Source of the DNA: Bacilli bacterium
GTDB lineage: Bacteria; Bacillota_I; Bacilli_A; RFN20; CAG-826
Direction: 5' to 3'
Assembly (NCBI GenBank): GCA_045597865.1
Contig: JAZLKX010000046.1
Location: 27,796-91,795, forward strand
DNA: 64,000 nt
A model generated the notes under the pieces. That model was not told the origin of the DNA and ran no database searches. It worked only from the letters and a program-made list of their open reading frames with translations. A program made the position numbers and the translations under genes. Within the stretch, counting starts at the first letter, position 1. The number at the start of each line of letters is the position of its first letter. Below, piece by piece: positions 1 to 8,781 of the stretch.

Positions 1-419
1 TTGTTCATTCTTTTATTAAGAGCCCATAGAATGAACTCTTTGTCATAAGAACTGAATTCATCTGTCAGTTTATCTAGTTCTTTATCGTCTTCATCATAGT
101 ATGATGAACGATATAAACTGTCAATATCAACTCCAAAACCTTTTTCTATTTCTGTTAATCTCCATTCTTCTCTATTTTGAGTAAAGTGAATAACAACCTT
201 GAATCTATCATCAAGATAGTTCTCAGTAAATTCATCGATACCTAAATATGGACCTGCTAGTTTAATCCATTTCTCATTTTTTGACTGATAAATCAAATGG
301 TCTCTTTCAGATATACAAGAAGCCATTTTTTTTATATCTTCTTCTGACAAATGATGTCTTTGGCAGAAGTTAGATATGTAACTTTCGTATTCTTTAATTT
401 TGTTTTTTAATTCTTCCAT
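1..419 (-). CDS. hypothetical protein, 3' end outside window
   Basis: ATG at 419 (MEELKNKIKEY...), open to window start; overlaps upstream stop as TAATG. Confidence 0.7.
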   Translation of the reverse strand, partial: MEELKNKIKEYESYISNFCQRHHLSEEDIKKMASCISERDHLIYQSKNEKWIKLAGPYLGIDEFTENYLDDRFKVVIHFTQNREEWRLTEIEKGFGVDIDSLYRSSYYDEDDKELDKLTDEFSSYDKEFILWALNKRMN

Positions 420-895
420 TATAATCCCTTTATAAATTGTTTTACTTCTTCAATTAATTTTTTTAAATCAGTATCTGATTCTCTAATATAATATTGATCA
501 TCGTATTTATGATGTTTACGATATACATGGATAATACCATCGGTATAAACATAGCAAGTAAAGCAATGTCTATTAGGAACTGCTTTTCTTAGTTTTTCAA
601 GACTAAATTCTCCTTCTAATAATTTTAGATTACTAGAAAAGAAAATAATATGGATATTGCTAATTGGAGTTAATCCAAAATGTTTTTCAGTTGCTTTTTT
701 TTCTTCCGTTTTTTTGATTTTGAAAATAATATCAAAGGTTTTTAAAGAATTGTCAGATCAATAATTTAAAACCTTTGGTTTGTATTCCTTTAGTTCTTCA
801 AGGATAAAATCAATTTCTTCCTTTGTATAAGGAAGGTTATTACCAATAAAATTGTAGGCTTTTTGCCAATCTGTATTGTCTTTAAAGTGTATCAT
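419..895 (-). pseudogene. hypothetical gene with in-frame TGA
   Basis: 159-codon frame (MIHFKDNTDWQ...) with a single TGA at 758-760; coupled to neighbours by ATGA/TAATG overlaps. Confidence 0.6.
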
Positions 896-1181
896 TTTAC
901 TAAATTTTTTGCTACGGTCTTAGCAAGACAAACCTTCATAGATAAGCTTATACTTGTTTCACCGTGTTTATTAAATGCTTTTTTAATGAATTGAGGAATA
1001 GGATAAGGAATTACGAAATCCCAAAAATCAAGTGGAATATTATTGAAATGTTCGTCTTTAGAGAACTTTCTTTATTGTATCTTGACAATATTACTTCCGA
1101 TATATATTCTGTAACTCCTTTTTGATTAGCTATTGATGAATAAAATTCATCAAAAGATTTAAAATCTTCTCTTGTTTTCAT
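892..1181 (-). pseudogene. frameshifted hypothetical gene
   Basis: MKTREDF... continues as FSKDEHFNNIPLDFWD only after a 1-nt shift near 1066-1070; length 290 nt. Confidence 0.55.
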
Positions 1182-1186
1182 TTTTT

Positions 1187-1480
1187 TCAAATATTAATTG
1201 TTGGTAAATCTTCGTTAAACTTTTCTTTAAATATTCTTTCGAAGGTTTCTCCGTCGATTCGGCTTTCTTTTGCACCTCCATCTATTAGATTTAGATGCTT
1301 ACCCGTGGTTTGTTTCCAATCGTTCTTGCGAACATATTTATTGCCTTATTTGTCTTGGAAAGCAACTAATGTTGAATATGAAAACCAAAGGGTTCTGTTT
1401 TCGTCTGATATTCTAAGAGTATGAACTCCGTAATTCTTAGAAGAAGAATTACCGTAATTTGAAATAACTAAATTTTCCAT
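1187..1480 (-). pseudogene. small phage gene with in-frame TAA
   Basis: MENLVISNYG...WFSYSTLVAFQDK*GNKYVRKNDWKQTTGKHLNLIDGG; TAA at 1346-1348. Confidence 0.6.
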
Positions 1481-1524
1481 TTTTTAAATTATTAAGCGGT
1501 TTGATGCAATCTCCCCGCTGGTTA

Positions 1525-1704
1525 TTAACTCATTTTAGTTAAGAGATAATTTTCTGTTATTTTATCTCTCAAAAGAATTTCAATCTCTTCTTTTGTAACA
1601 TTTTTCTTCAAAAGATACTTTCTCAAATGTTTAAAATTTTCTAAGTCTGAGAAATATCCTATTATTCCTTTTGTGTTTTCTAGTCTATAAATTTGTTCTT
1701 TCAT
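1525..1704 (-). CDS. hypothetical protein (59 aa)
   Basis: intact ORF MKEQIYRLEN..., coupled to upstream stop. Confidence 0.55.
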   Translation of the reverse strand: MKEQIYRLENTKGIIGYFSDLENFKHLRKYLLKKNVTKEEIEILLRDKITENYLLTKMS

Positions 1705-2675
1705 TATAATTGATAATTAGATTCTATAAAGTTGACCATAGCTGCGTTTTGAGGTAGTATGTTAGGTATCTCCATGCTATCACCTTTGTAAAGGTACGTA
1801 GCAATGTTATACACGTCCCACATAGAGATATTACCATCACAAACACGTTTCTTCATAACACCTTCTGTAAAGATGTTAAGCTGAGTTTGAGAAAGAGGAT
1901 AATTAGAACTGTTGTTTCTAATTTCCTTAATTCTTGTATCGTGTTGTACTCTAGCGCAATGAAGAAGTCCTAGCATTTGGATAAGTTCTTCGTCTGAAAG
2001 AAGTTTAGCCTTCCACGCTTCAATTCGTTTTCTTTCTGTTTCAAGGCTTTCTTCTAGTTTGTCGAACCAACCATCTACGATACCTACAATTTCCTTAGCA
2101 GTAGGGAAAGTATGTCTTTGACGGTCAGTAAATGGATAACCATCTGAATATGTAGCAAGGTAAAATTCCTTGTTACCAAGCATGCACTGATTATGACAAA
2201 TGATTACATTTGTGCCAAGACCAACTTGTATCCCTTTTTGATGGAAGGAAACAGCCAAATTAGTGGTATAATCTGGCGTATCATAATCTGTGATACGAAT
2301 ATTAGCATACACTCTTCTAAGAATATGTGCTTCTATGGCTTGTCTTCCATATTGCGACTCAATTTGTGGAAGAAGACTTACTCCAGGATTATTCTTGTCG
2401 CTATTGTTAGCAGCAAACAAATCAAAAATTTCAGTGTTCAATCCATGACGAGAAGCAGCTTCTTGTAATTGTTCAAGAAGTTCAAAATTGTAAATACCTT
2501 TCAATGGATTACCATTAACATCGTCCTCTTTGTGAGTCTTTGCTAACTGTTCCAATGTTAATACTTGCACTTTTTCCTTGTCGAAATCAAGGAATTTAGC
2601 TGAGTTAAAACTTTTCTTTTCTGCTACTTTTTGGATATTAACTTGAGGTTTGTTATTAAGTTTTACTAGTTCCAT
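1704..2675 (-). CDS. DUF932-like protein
   Basis: GIQVGLGTNVIICHNQCML and SMWDVYNIAT motifs typical of DUF932-like proteins. Confidence 0.65.
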   Translation of the reverse strand: MELVKLNNKPQVNIQKVAEKKSFNSAKFLDFDKEKVQVLTLEQLAKTHKEDDVNGNPLKGIYNFELLEQLQEAASRHGLNTEIFDLFAANNSDKNNPGVSLLPQIESQYGRQAIEAHILRRVYANIRITDYDTPDYTTNLAVSFHQKGIQVGLGTNVIICHNQCMLGNKEFYLATYSDGYPFTDRQRHTFPTAKEIVGIVDGWFDKLEESLETERKRIEAWKAKLLSDEELIQMLGLLHCARVQHDTRIKEIRNNSSNYPLSQTQLNIFTEGVMKKRVCDGNISMWDVYNIATYLYKGDSMEIPNILPQNAAMVNFIESNYQL

Positions 2676-2707
2676 GATATTAATTTTTTAAATGTTTTAA
2701 TACTAAT

Positions 2708-2926
2708 TTATTGTAGAATAGTAGTCATTTCGGCTATATATTCTAATACCTCTGCTCTATTTCTAAAGCAGTAGGGTTTTAATACTCTATGTTCTTTGCC
2801 TGCAAGGTCTAGAACATAGTACTCCATTACACCTAGTGGAGTATAGTCTTCTTCGAGAGCAATCAATTTGCCTTTTTTTAATTGATTGTCTTGAAAGAAG
2901 AATATGCTATCGTTTACTTTTGGCAT
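2708..2926 (-). CDS. hypothetical protein
   Basis: ORF in co-oriented operon. Confidence 0.6.
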   Translation of the reverse strand: MPKVNDSIFFFQDNQLKKGKLIALEEDYTPLGVMEYYVLDLAGKEHRVLKPYCFRNRAEVLEYIAEMTTILQ

Positions 2927-3156
2927 ATTTCTCTTATTTTTTTTAGAATTTTGGGAAATTCTATTTTGTGATTAGAACTGAAAATAAAATCTTCCATTAG
3001 AAGAATTTTATTATTACAGAATATTATTACATTTATAGCATACCAATCCTTTTCATTTTCAGGACCATGAGTATTTATATGTATTCTGTACTTATAGGAA
3101 TACTCTAGTTGTAATCCTTGAAGTTTTTTTAATATTCTTTTAAATAAACTTTTCAT
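2914..3156 (-). CDS. hypothetical protein
   Basis: ORF in co-oriented operon. Confidence 0.55.
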   Translation of the reverse strand: MKSLFKRILKKLQGLQLEYSYKYRIHINTHGPENEKDWYAINVIIFCNNKILLMEDFIFSSNHKIEFPKILKKIREICQK

Positions 3157-3157
3157 T

Positions 3158-3511
3158 TTAGATTTTTTTTATAGTGTTAATAAAAGCTCTAAGAGCATTG
3201 AAGTTGTCTAAGCCATAAAATACTTCGGCTTCGACCATATCGCCTTCCTTGAAGTCTTTTTCGTGACCAAGAAGACGCTTTTTAGAGATGGAAATGGGAA
3301 TTACTGAATTAGCTAGACAAGAATTTGCTAGCTGAGGTTTAGCATTTGAAAAATCATTCTTCACGACTATGTAATAACATAAATCGTAGAAAAATTCCTT
3401 AATGCCTGCTATTTCTCCCACTATTTTATGAGCAGGAGTTGCTTTTTCAATCTCTGTTTTTTGTACATTTACTAACAGAGATTGATTGTTTAACATTTTA
3501 TTTAGAAGCAT
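3158..3511 (-). CDS. hypothetical protein
   Basis: ORF in operon; start may be the second Met. Confidence 0.6.
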   Translation of the reverse strand: MLLNKMLNNQSLLVNVQKTEIEKATPAHKIVGEIAGIKEFFYDLCYYIVVKNDFSNAKPQLANSCLANSVIPISISKKRLLGHEKDFKEGDMVEAEVFYGLDNFNALRAFINTIKKI

Positions 3512-3680
3512 GACAAAATTTATTTAATTTTTTATCATACAAAAAGCAATTTGGATAATTTACTTCTTCATTTTCATTTGAAGTTTGGTAAACTATTTCA
3601 CCTTCGTTATTGAAGATGATAAATCTTTCTGTATGATTTGGGATAAAGATTTTCCCATTAATTGATATAACTTTTTTCAT
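3498..3680 (-). CDS. hypothetical protein
   Basis: short ORF with A-rich leader. Confidence 0.5.
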   Translation of the reverse strand: MKKVISINGKIFIPNHTERFIIFNNEGEIVYQTSNENEEVNYPNCFLYDKKLNKFCHASK

Positions 3681-3702
3681 TTTTTTATTTTTTTTGATTG
3701 TT

Positions 3703-3727
3703 AAAAAAAGGCGCAGAAATGCGCCTA
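3703..3727 (-). terminator. intrinsic terminator
   Basis: AGGCGCA/TGCGCCT hairpin followed by T run on minus strand, right after the ERF stop. Confidence 0.7.
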
Positions 3728-3730
3728 TGA

Positions 3731-4321
3731 TTATTCAGGAAGTGAATTCCCTAATGCTATAATAGCATTTTTTAATTCACTTTTTAGAGTAGTATTTAAT
3801 TTTGAATAAAGTGTTTTTAACTCTGCTTTATTCTTTGCTGTATTAGCAAGCCTTTCATAAGCTTGTTCAGCCGTCTCAGGCACAAGCTCATGTGATTCTT
3901 TGTCAGGATCAGCTTGTTTCATCTCTTCTGTTGGTATCATAAATAATTGGAATAAAGCATATTTTAAAGCTATACTCATAGCTTTATTGCTTGCCTTATC
4001 ACCACTATCCATTCCTTCACCTAATGTTATAACAGAGATATTTGAACCATCTTCTGCATAGAAAGTGAATTTTATTTTCAATAAAGAATAATTAATTACA
4101 CTTCCTTTGCTATTAGTTCTTTCATATCTTTGCTGTTCCAATACTTCAGGAGCAACGAATAGCTTATGACACTTCATAGCTGGATTTAACTCGTTCATTA
4201 CATCGTCGATGCCTCTAAACATAAATCCTTGCGATTGGTTTTTAGAATTTTTACCAATCGCTGAAACATCTTGCATAACAGCATTAATTGTTTCGAAAAT
4301 ATTTTTTAATTCTTTTGCCAT
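3731..4321 (-). CDS. erf: ERF-family ssDNA annealing protein
   Basis: FRGIDDV, GEGMDSGDKASNKAMSIALKYALFQLFMIPT and DPD motifs. Confidence 0.9.
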   Translation of the reverse strand: MAKELKNIFETINAVMQDVSAIGKNSKNQSQGFMFRGIDDVMNELNPAMKCHKLFVAPEVLEQQRYERTNSKGSVINYSLLKIKFTFYAEDGSNISVITLGEGMDSGDKASNKAMSIALKYALFQLFMIPTEEMKQADPDKESHELVPETAEQAYERLANTAKNKAELKTLYSKLNTTLKSELKNAIIALGNSLPE

Positions 4322-4710
4322 TGTGATAAAAATTTTGATTTCTCTAACTCGGTTATAATATTATCATTGGTTAGAATATCTTTGTTTTCTTCTAACCAAT
4401 CCCAAGACTTTAGAGAGGGAGTTAGACTATCACACTCTTGGGTGTGCAATAGTATTTTTTTCTCTTTGAAAGATGTTTGTCCTTTTATTTGATATTCTAT
4501 TTTAGAAATAAAATAGAAGTTTGCTTTATAGACATAATGACTATCAACTTCAAAGTTTTGATAATCAATTTTATCTACAATCTCTTCTTCTACTATTTCT
4601 GTTTTTATGCCGTATTTGGCATAATTAGAATACCTTTTACAAACCCTTTTTGTAGGTTTGTATTTCTTAAATTCTCCAAACATCTTCCATTTTGTGTTAA
4701 TATTTTTCAT
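4306..4710 (-). CDS. hypothetical protein
   Basis: ORF; ATG at 4710 lies just downstream of a TATCTTTG promoter element. Confidence 0.6.
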   Translation of the reverse strand: MKNINTKWKMFGEFKKYKPTKRVCKRYSNYAKYGIKTEIVEEEIVDKIDYQNFEVDSHYVYKANFYFISKIEYQIKGQTSFKEKKILLHTQECDSLTPSLKSWDWLEENKDILTNDNIITELEKSKFLSQWQKN

Positions 4711-4713
4711 ATA

Positions 4714-4743
4714 CAAAGATACAAAATATGTTTATTAAACACA
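4714..4743 (-). promoter_or_regulatory. Bacteroidota-type promoter with palindromic operator-like site
   Basis: TATCTTTG (-7 consensus TAnnTTTG) plus TGTGTTTAATAAACA. Confidence 0.6.
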
Positions 4744-4761
4744 AAGAAAATACAAAAAAAA

Positions 4762-4998
4762 TTACATTTTAATTTTCTTTAGTTGACCTAATGTTAGGTC
4801 ATCAATAGATTTTACCAAATCTTTTTCGTAAAACATTTGGCAGCTTCTTTCTTTATTTTGGACGTTGTAATGTACAAAGGTCTCTTTGTCGTTTACAATC
4901 ATCATTACTGATGCAATTTTGCCTGTGTAAAGTTGATTACCTAGTACTGCCATTACTTTGTCACCAATATTAAATTTCAATTTTCTTTTGATTTCCAT
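4762..4998 (-). CDS. hypothetical protein
   Basis: KFNIGDKV N-terminus common in small phage proteins. Confidence 0.6.
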   Translation of the reverse strand: MEIKRKLKFNIGDKVMAVLGNQLYTGKIASVMMIVNDKETFVHYNVQNKERSCQMFYEKDLVKSIDDLTLGQLKKIKM

Positions 4999-5004
4999 TT
5001 TTTT

Positions 5005-6282
5005 TTAAGGTTCAACAAAATATTCTTTATAATTTGTTAGACTAGCGTCAATCCAAACATTTTTCTTGTTAATTGGATTGGCTAGTTTCAATCCTTCAAG
5101 ACTTTTACATCTTGACAAACCAACATAAGTTTGTCCTGGAGCAAAAGCAGCAGGATTTAAGAATACTTTATCAAGGGTTAACCCCTGACTTTTGTGTATT
5201 GTAATAGCCCAAGCCAACTTTACGGGAATTTGTTTAAAACTCCCTATTGTTTCTTGGACTCTTGCTTTTTTCTTGGTCTTATATTGAATTTTAGACCAAG
5301 TTTCGTAACCTAGATTATAATCCTTTCCATTTTCTGCTTTAATGGTAATAGCATCATCTTCTAGGCTTGTAACTAATCCTATTAATCCATTGTAATAAGA
5401 CTTCCCATAAAGATCTTCGCCATTTTTGCATATCATTACTTTGGCATTGACTTTTAAATGGAGTTTCTCATCAGTTGGATATTCAGATTCAAGGAATTTG
5501 CCACTTACTTCTGCTAAATATATCTTTTCCTCAGAGTCCAATTTCTGTAACTCTTTGTCATTGATATATTTAGCCCCTTTAAATGGCATATCCTTGTAAG
5601 GGGTTAGAATGGTATATGAATTATCCCATTCCCTTGATACACGACCATTAAGGATTTCTTGGTCGGTATCTGTTAGTGTTCCATTTCTAATATTATTAAG
5701 GATATTCACGAATGTTATATCTTTCTGACGATAAACTTCGTCTAATTCTACTATATAACATTCAATTCCTGATAATTTTAAAGCATCTAAAAAATAATAA
5801 CCACACTTAGGATAAATGTCTTCTAAGGCAGCTTTGTCGCTAGAGGTAACGACAGGTGGTAGTTGAAATAAATCTCCAATTAGAAGTAATTGGACACCAC
5901 CGAAAGGAAGTTTGTTGCCTTTTATGTCCTGAAGAAACTCATGGACACAGAATAGTACATCTATCCTAGTCATACTTATTTCGTCAATAATTAATAACTC
6001 TAAATTCTTTAAAGACATGAATGTTTCCGTCATATAAACATTGTAAGACTTTGACGGATTATAAACTTCTCTTGGTATTTGGAACGTAGAATGTATGGTT
6101 GCACCACCACAATTTATGGCAGCAATGCCAGTGGGAGCGCATACATAGTAGATTACTCCTAAATCATTTAATTTTTCTTTTAATTGATTCAGTAAATAAG
6201 TTTTACCTGTTCCTGCTTTTCCTGTGAGAAATAAATTCTTTTTCTTTAAAATTAAATCAAATGCTAATTCTTGCTTTGTCAT
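5005..6282 (-). CDS. PIF1/RecD-like SF1B DNA helicase
   Basis: GKAGTGKT, APTGIAA, IIDEISM, GDLFQLPPV, WAITIHKSQGLTL, YVGLSR. Confidence 0.95.
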   Translation of the reverse strand: MTKQELAFDLILKKKNLFLTGKAGTGKTYLLNQLKEKLNDLGVIYYVCAPTGIAAINCGGATIHSTFQIPREVYNPSKSYNVYMTETFMSLKNLELLIIDEISMTRIDVLFCVHEFLQDIKGNKLPFGGVQLLLIGDLFQLPPVVTSSDKAALEDIYPKCGYYFLDALKLSGIECYIVELDEVYRQKDITFVNILNNIRNGTLTDTDQEILNGRVSREWDNSYTILTPYKDMPFKGAKYINDKELQKLDSEEKIYLAEVSGKFLESEYPTDEKLHLKVNAKVMICKNGEDLYGKSYYNGLIGLVTSLEDDAITIKAENGKDYNLGYETWSKIQYKTKKKARVQETIGSFKQIPVKLAWAITIHKSQGLTLDKVFLNPAAFAPGQTYVGLSRCKSLEGLKLANPINKKNVWIDASLTNYKEYFVEP

Positions 6283-7292
6283 CTCTTCTTTCTAAAATCT
6301 ACATTATCTTCAATTACATAGTAATTGAGTTCACAGATGCGAGAGAAAAATCTTTCACCATATCTTTCTCTAATCTCGTCCATAGACAAGTTAGTTGTGA
6401 TGATGGTATAGAACTTTCCTTCTGAGCGATATTGAATAATATCCTCAATCGCCTGTGAATGATGCTTATATTTATTCGTTTTGGTCTCAGCACCTAGATC
6501 ATCAATAAATAGTATTGGAACATTCTTTAATCTATTAATAAAACTACCTTTATCTTTAAAGTCATCTTCATAGTCAGCATTAACTATGTCGATTGCGGTA
6601 GTATTGTCGTTCCAATGAAAATTCCACAATTTCCCTAAAAACTCAAATGGTATAATTGGTTTTGTAGAGTAATGCTGTTGGTAAGTTAGGCTATTGACAG
6701 CCTTTATAAGAGAAGTCTTACCTACTCCACAATTTCCATACACTAATATTCCCTTGTTTAGATTACCTACTACTTTAGATTTATCAGTAGGGTCAAGAGA
6801 TAGGAAGGTGTATGTTTTATCACCAATAGTTTTTGAAGAGCAATAAAAAAACCACAAGATTAGATTATGTATAAAAAATTTCGTAGTTGGACCTAAGTCC
6901 TTGAAAGAAATTTCTTTTCCATAATTATTTTTATAAAATCGGTTAATTGAATTTAAAACTTTTTCGTAGTTAAATTCTGTCTCCGATCTGTAAAAATCTT
7001 TATAGTTTTTATTCGTAGTTAAATTTAATTTTTCAAAATAACCTACTCTATCTGTGCCTTTTAATGCAAGATAGTCATTCATAGGATTATTCTGAAAGCA
7101 AAATTGCATCTCGAATAATGCTCTTTCTTTCGGAGTCAATTTCTTTTTATAATCCTCTTTTAACCTATCAAATTCTAGGTTATAGAGTCTTATATATTCA
7201 TCTTTATTCGTAGATGAATTAAAATGCTCCGCAATTTTTTTTCGTTTTTGGAAATCGTTTTGGGCATCTAAATTTATTTTTTTGATTTCCAT
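6279..7292 (-). CDS. DnaC/IstB-like AAA+ ATPase (helicase loader-like)
   Basis: GNCGVGKT, LFIDDLGAE, TIITTNLS, RYGERFFSRI. Confidence 0.85.
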   Translation of the reverse strand: MEIKKINLDAQNDFQKRKKIAEHFNSSTNKDEYIRLYNLEFDRLKEDYKKKLTPKERALFEMQFCFQNNPMNDYLALKGTDRVGYFEKLNLTTNKNYKDFYRSETEFNYEKVLNSINRFYKNNYGKEISFKDLGPTTKFFIHNLILWFFYCSSKTIGDKTYTFLSLDPTDKSKVVGNLNKGILVYGNCGVGKTSLIKAVNSLTYQQHYSTKPIIPFEFLGKLWNFHWNDNTTAIDIVNADYEDDFKDKGSFINRLKNVPILFIDDLGAETKTNKYKHHSQAIEDIIQYRSEGKFYTIITTNLSMDEIRERYGERFFSRICELNYYVIEDNVDFRKKR

Positions 7293-7310
7293 TTATAAAT
7301 AAATTTTCAA

Positions 7311-7342
7311 TAAAAAGCTACGAACAATAGTTATTCGTAGCT
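7311..7342 (-). terminator. intrinsic terminator/attenuator upstream of DnaC-like gene
   Basis: perfect 9-bp AGCTACGAA/TTCGTAGCT stem followed by T run on minus strand. Confidence 0.55.
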
Positions 7343-7393
7343 AAAATAAGTCCTTGAATAAAAACAAGCTCTGTCTGCTAACAGATTTAATCA

Positions 7394-7511
7394 CCAGCAT
7401 TAGGTGAACTTGTGGGACTATAAAATCTAAGACCACTATCTTACAGTGGGAGATTTCTCTCTTTTTTATTCGCCTCTCACAATCATATATACTTTCCACC
7501 TGCAATGCCAG
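7394..7511 (-). ncRNA. candidate multi-stem structured RNA
   Basis: closing helix GGCATT..AGGTGGA/TTCACCTAATGCT with nested TTGTG/CACAA, GAGA-GAAA-TCTC and CCACTG/TAGTGG hairpins. Confidence 0.45.
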
Positions 7512-7540
7512 TACTCGTAGTGAGGTTCTATTATGATTGA

Positions 7541-7726
7541 TTATTTCCCCATCAATCGAGGGTCGATAGGGTTATTTCTATAAGTGAAATAACCGTAGTC
7601 ATACCATGTTTTTTCTTGGTATGACCATTCCTCTCTATAATGCTCCATTGGAACATTCAAAGAGGAATTATCATTATCTCTCTTGGCATCTTCCCAGCCA
7701 AGAGAGAACAATTCCCATGATAACAT
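7541..7726 (-). CDS. hypothetical protein (61 aa)
   Basis: MLSWELFSLGWEDA... ATG at 7726 after AT-rich leader. Confidence 0.55.
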   Translation of the reverse strand: MLSWELFSLGWEDAKRDNDNSSLNVPMEHYREEWSYQEKTWYDYGYFTYRNNPIDPRLMGK

Positions 7727-7763
7727 ATTAATTTTGAATTTCAGCTTTATTGACAATATTGTC

Positions 7764-7872
7764 TTACCACCAGCTGTAGGTTTGCTCAATTTCGGTAGAA
7801 GAGACTTTATCTACCTAGAAAAACCAACACTATTTCTTAGTGGTTGCTACTATTCTTCACAACAAATGGTAA
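7764..7872 (-). ncRNA. candidate multi-stem structured RNA
   Basis: TTACCA/TGGTAA closing stem enclosing CACTA/TAGTG and GGTAGA/TCTACC hairpins. Confidence 0.4.
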
Positions 7873-7913
7873 ATCTTACTACAACATTTGTAGTTGTAGT
7901 CTTTTAATCCAAG

Positions 7914-7976
7914 TGCCATAATCAAGAATCGAACTTGATTATCCTGCTTATTACAGGATAGTTACCAAACTATGGC
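7914..7976 (-). ncRNA. D-armless tRNA-like RNA
   Basis: acceptor GCCATAG/TTATGGC+A, T-arm TCAAG-TTCGATT-CTTGA, 7-bp TATCCTG/CAGGATA arm; 9-nt linker in place of D arm. Confidence 0.6.
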
Positions 7977-8248
7977 GTGTCAATTTTGGTTTTTTATGTA
8001 GGCAGATTTGAAACTGCTCTAACCAATGTATTTCCCCCATTGGCGTGGGTTTTGATGATTAGTACATGAAGTACCAAGTCATCATAAATAAAAAAGGAAT
8101 AGTTCTAAACATATCCTTAATGTTTTAATACAGTCATTAACTTGACCCTGACTGCTTGGGTCATTTATAAATTGATTTGTTTTTTTATGTAGGCAGTTTA
8201 CTCTGCACTAGATTTAATTATCCCAGTTTTCTCTGGTTAACTACCGAA

Positions 8249-8383
8249 TTATCGTCTTGCTCTTTTGATGAAACAAAGACAATCTTCATAAGAAGTGTAT
8301 CTTCTTACTTGGATATTGTCCTCGTAAACAACAAATGAGTAGCCGTCAAACTCGATAGTAAATCTACCGTGTTGTTCGCTCAT
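8249..8383 (-). CDS. small hypothetical protein (44 aa)
   Basis: MSEQHGRFTIEFDGYSFVVYEDN... with A-rich leader. Confidence 0.5.
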   Translation of the reverse strand: MSEQHGRFTIEFDGYSFVVYEDNIQVRRYTSYEDCLCFIKRARR

Positions 8384-8553
8384 TTTTTAGCTTTTTAACA
8401 CGTTACTGCCACTAATTTAATTCTATCATCTCTCTAGCAGTGAAAGAGATTTAGAATACCTATTTCTGTTGCCAACTCTATTTCCAAAGGCTTTCTTGGA
8501 GAGTCCGCTTCTACTCGGTTACTATAATTCACCTTTCGACATTGCATTAATCC

Positions 8554-8643
8554 TTATAGGAAAGGAAATACAATGATGACAGCATTTACGATGTAGTACA
8601 CCGCTGCTGCTGTCATGCAGCCATAAAGAAGTTTTTCAAACAT
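8554..8643 (-). CDS. small hydrophobic peptide (29 aa)
   Basis: MFEKLLYGCMTAAAVYYIVNAVIIVFPFL, one TM-like segment. Confidence 0.45.
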   Translation of the reverse strand: MFEKLLYGCMTAAAVYYIVNAVIIVFPFL

Positions 8644-8722
8644 CTTTATTATTTTTAAAATTTCGATAGCATCTAAAACGTGAACTTATCGCACGAAAAA
8701 ACTCAGCTATCACTAGTTTTTT

Positions 8723-8781
8723 TATCCCATCTGCATTTATAGAGGCTTTGGACTCTCACCATAAGGTGGCTGCATTAGATA
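8723..8781 (-). ncRNA. twister ribozyme (type P1)
   Basis: UAUC-UAA-UGCA-GC-CACC(UUAU)GGUG-AGAG-UCCAAAGC-CUCU-AUAAA-UGCA-GA-UGG-GAUA: P1-P4, cleavage-site UAA, T1 CCA/UGG and T2 GC/GC all present. Confidence 0.88.

Noticed and set aside
7914-8165. tmRNA gene
   Set aside because: tRNA-like domain is self-closed, lacks G3-U70, and no tag reading frame was found
8186-8246. c-di-GMP-I riboswitch resemblance (AACCAG-AGAAAA-CUGGGA)
   Set aside because: No GGGACGCAAAGC core or tetraloop receptor
8400-8550. SAM-I riboswitch resemblance (GGCAAC...GAGAUGA, minus strand)
   Set aside because: Lacks the 5' AUC-AGAG and kink-turn P2 elements
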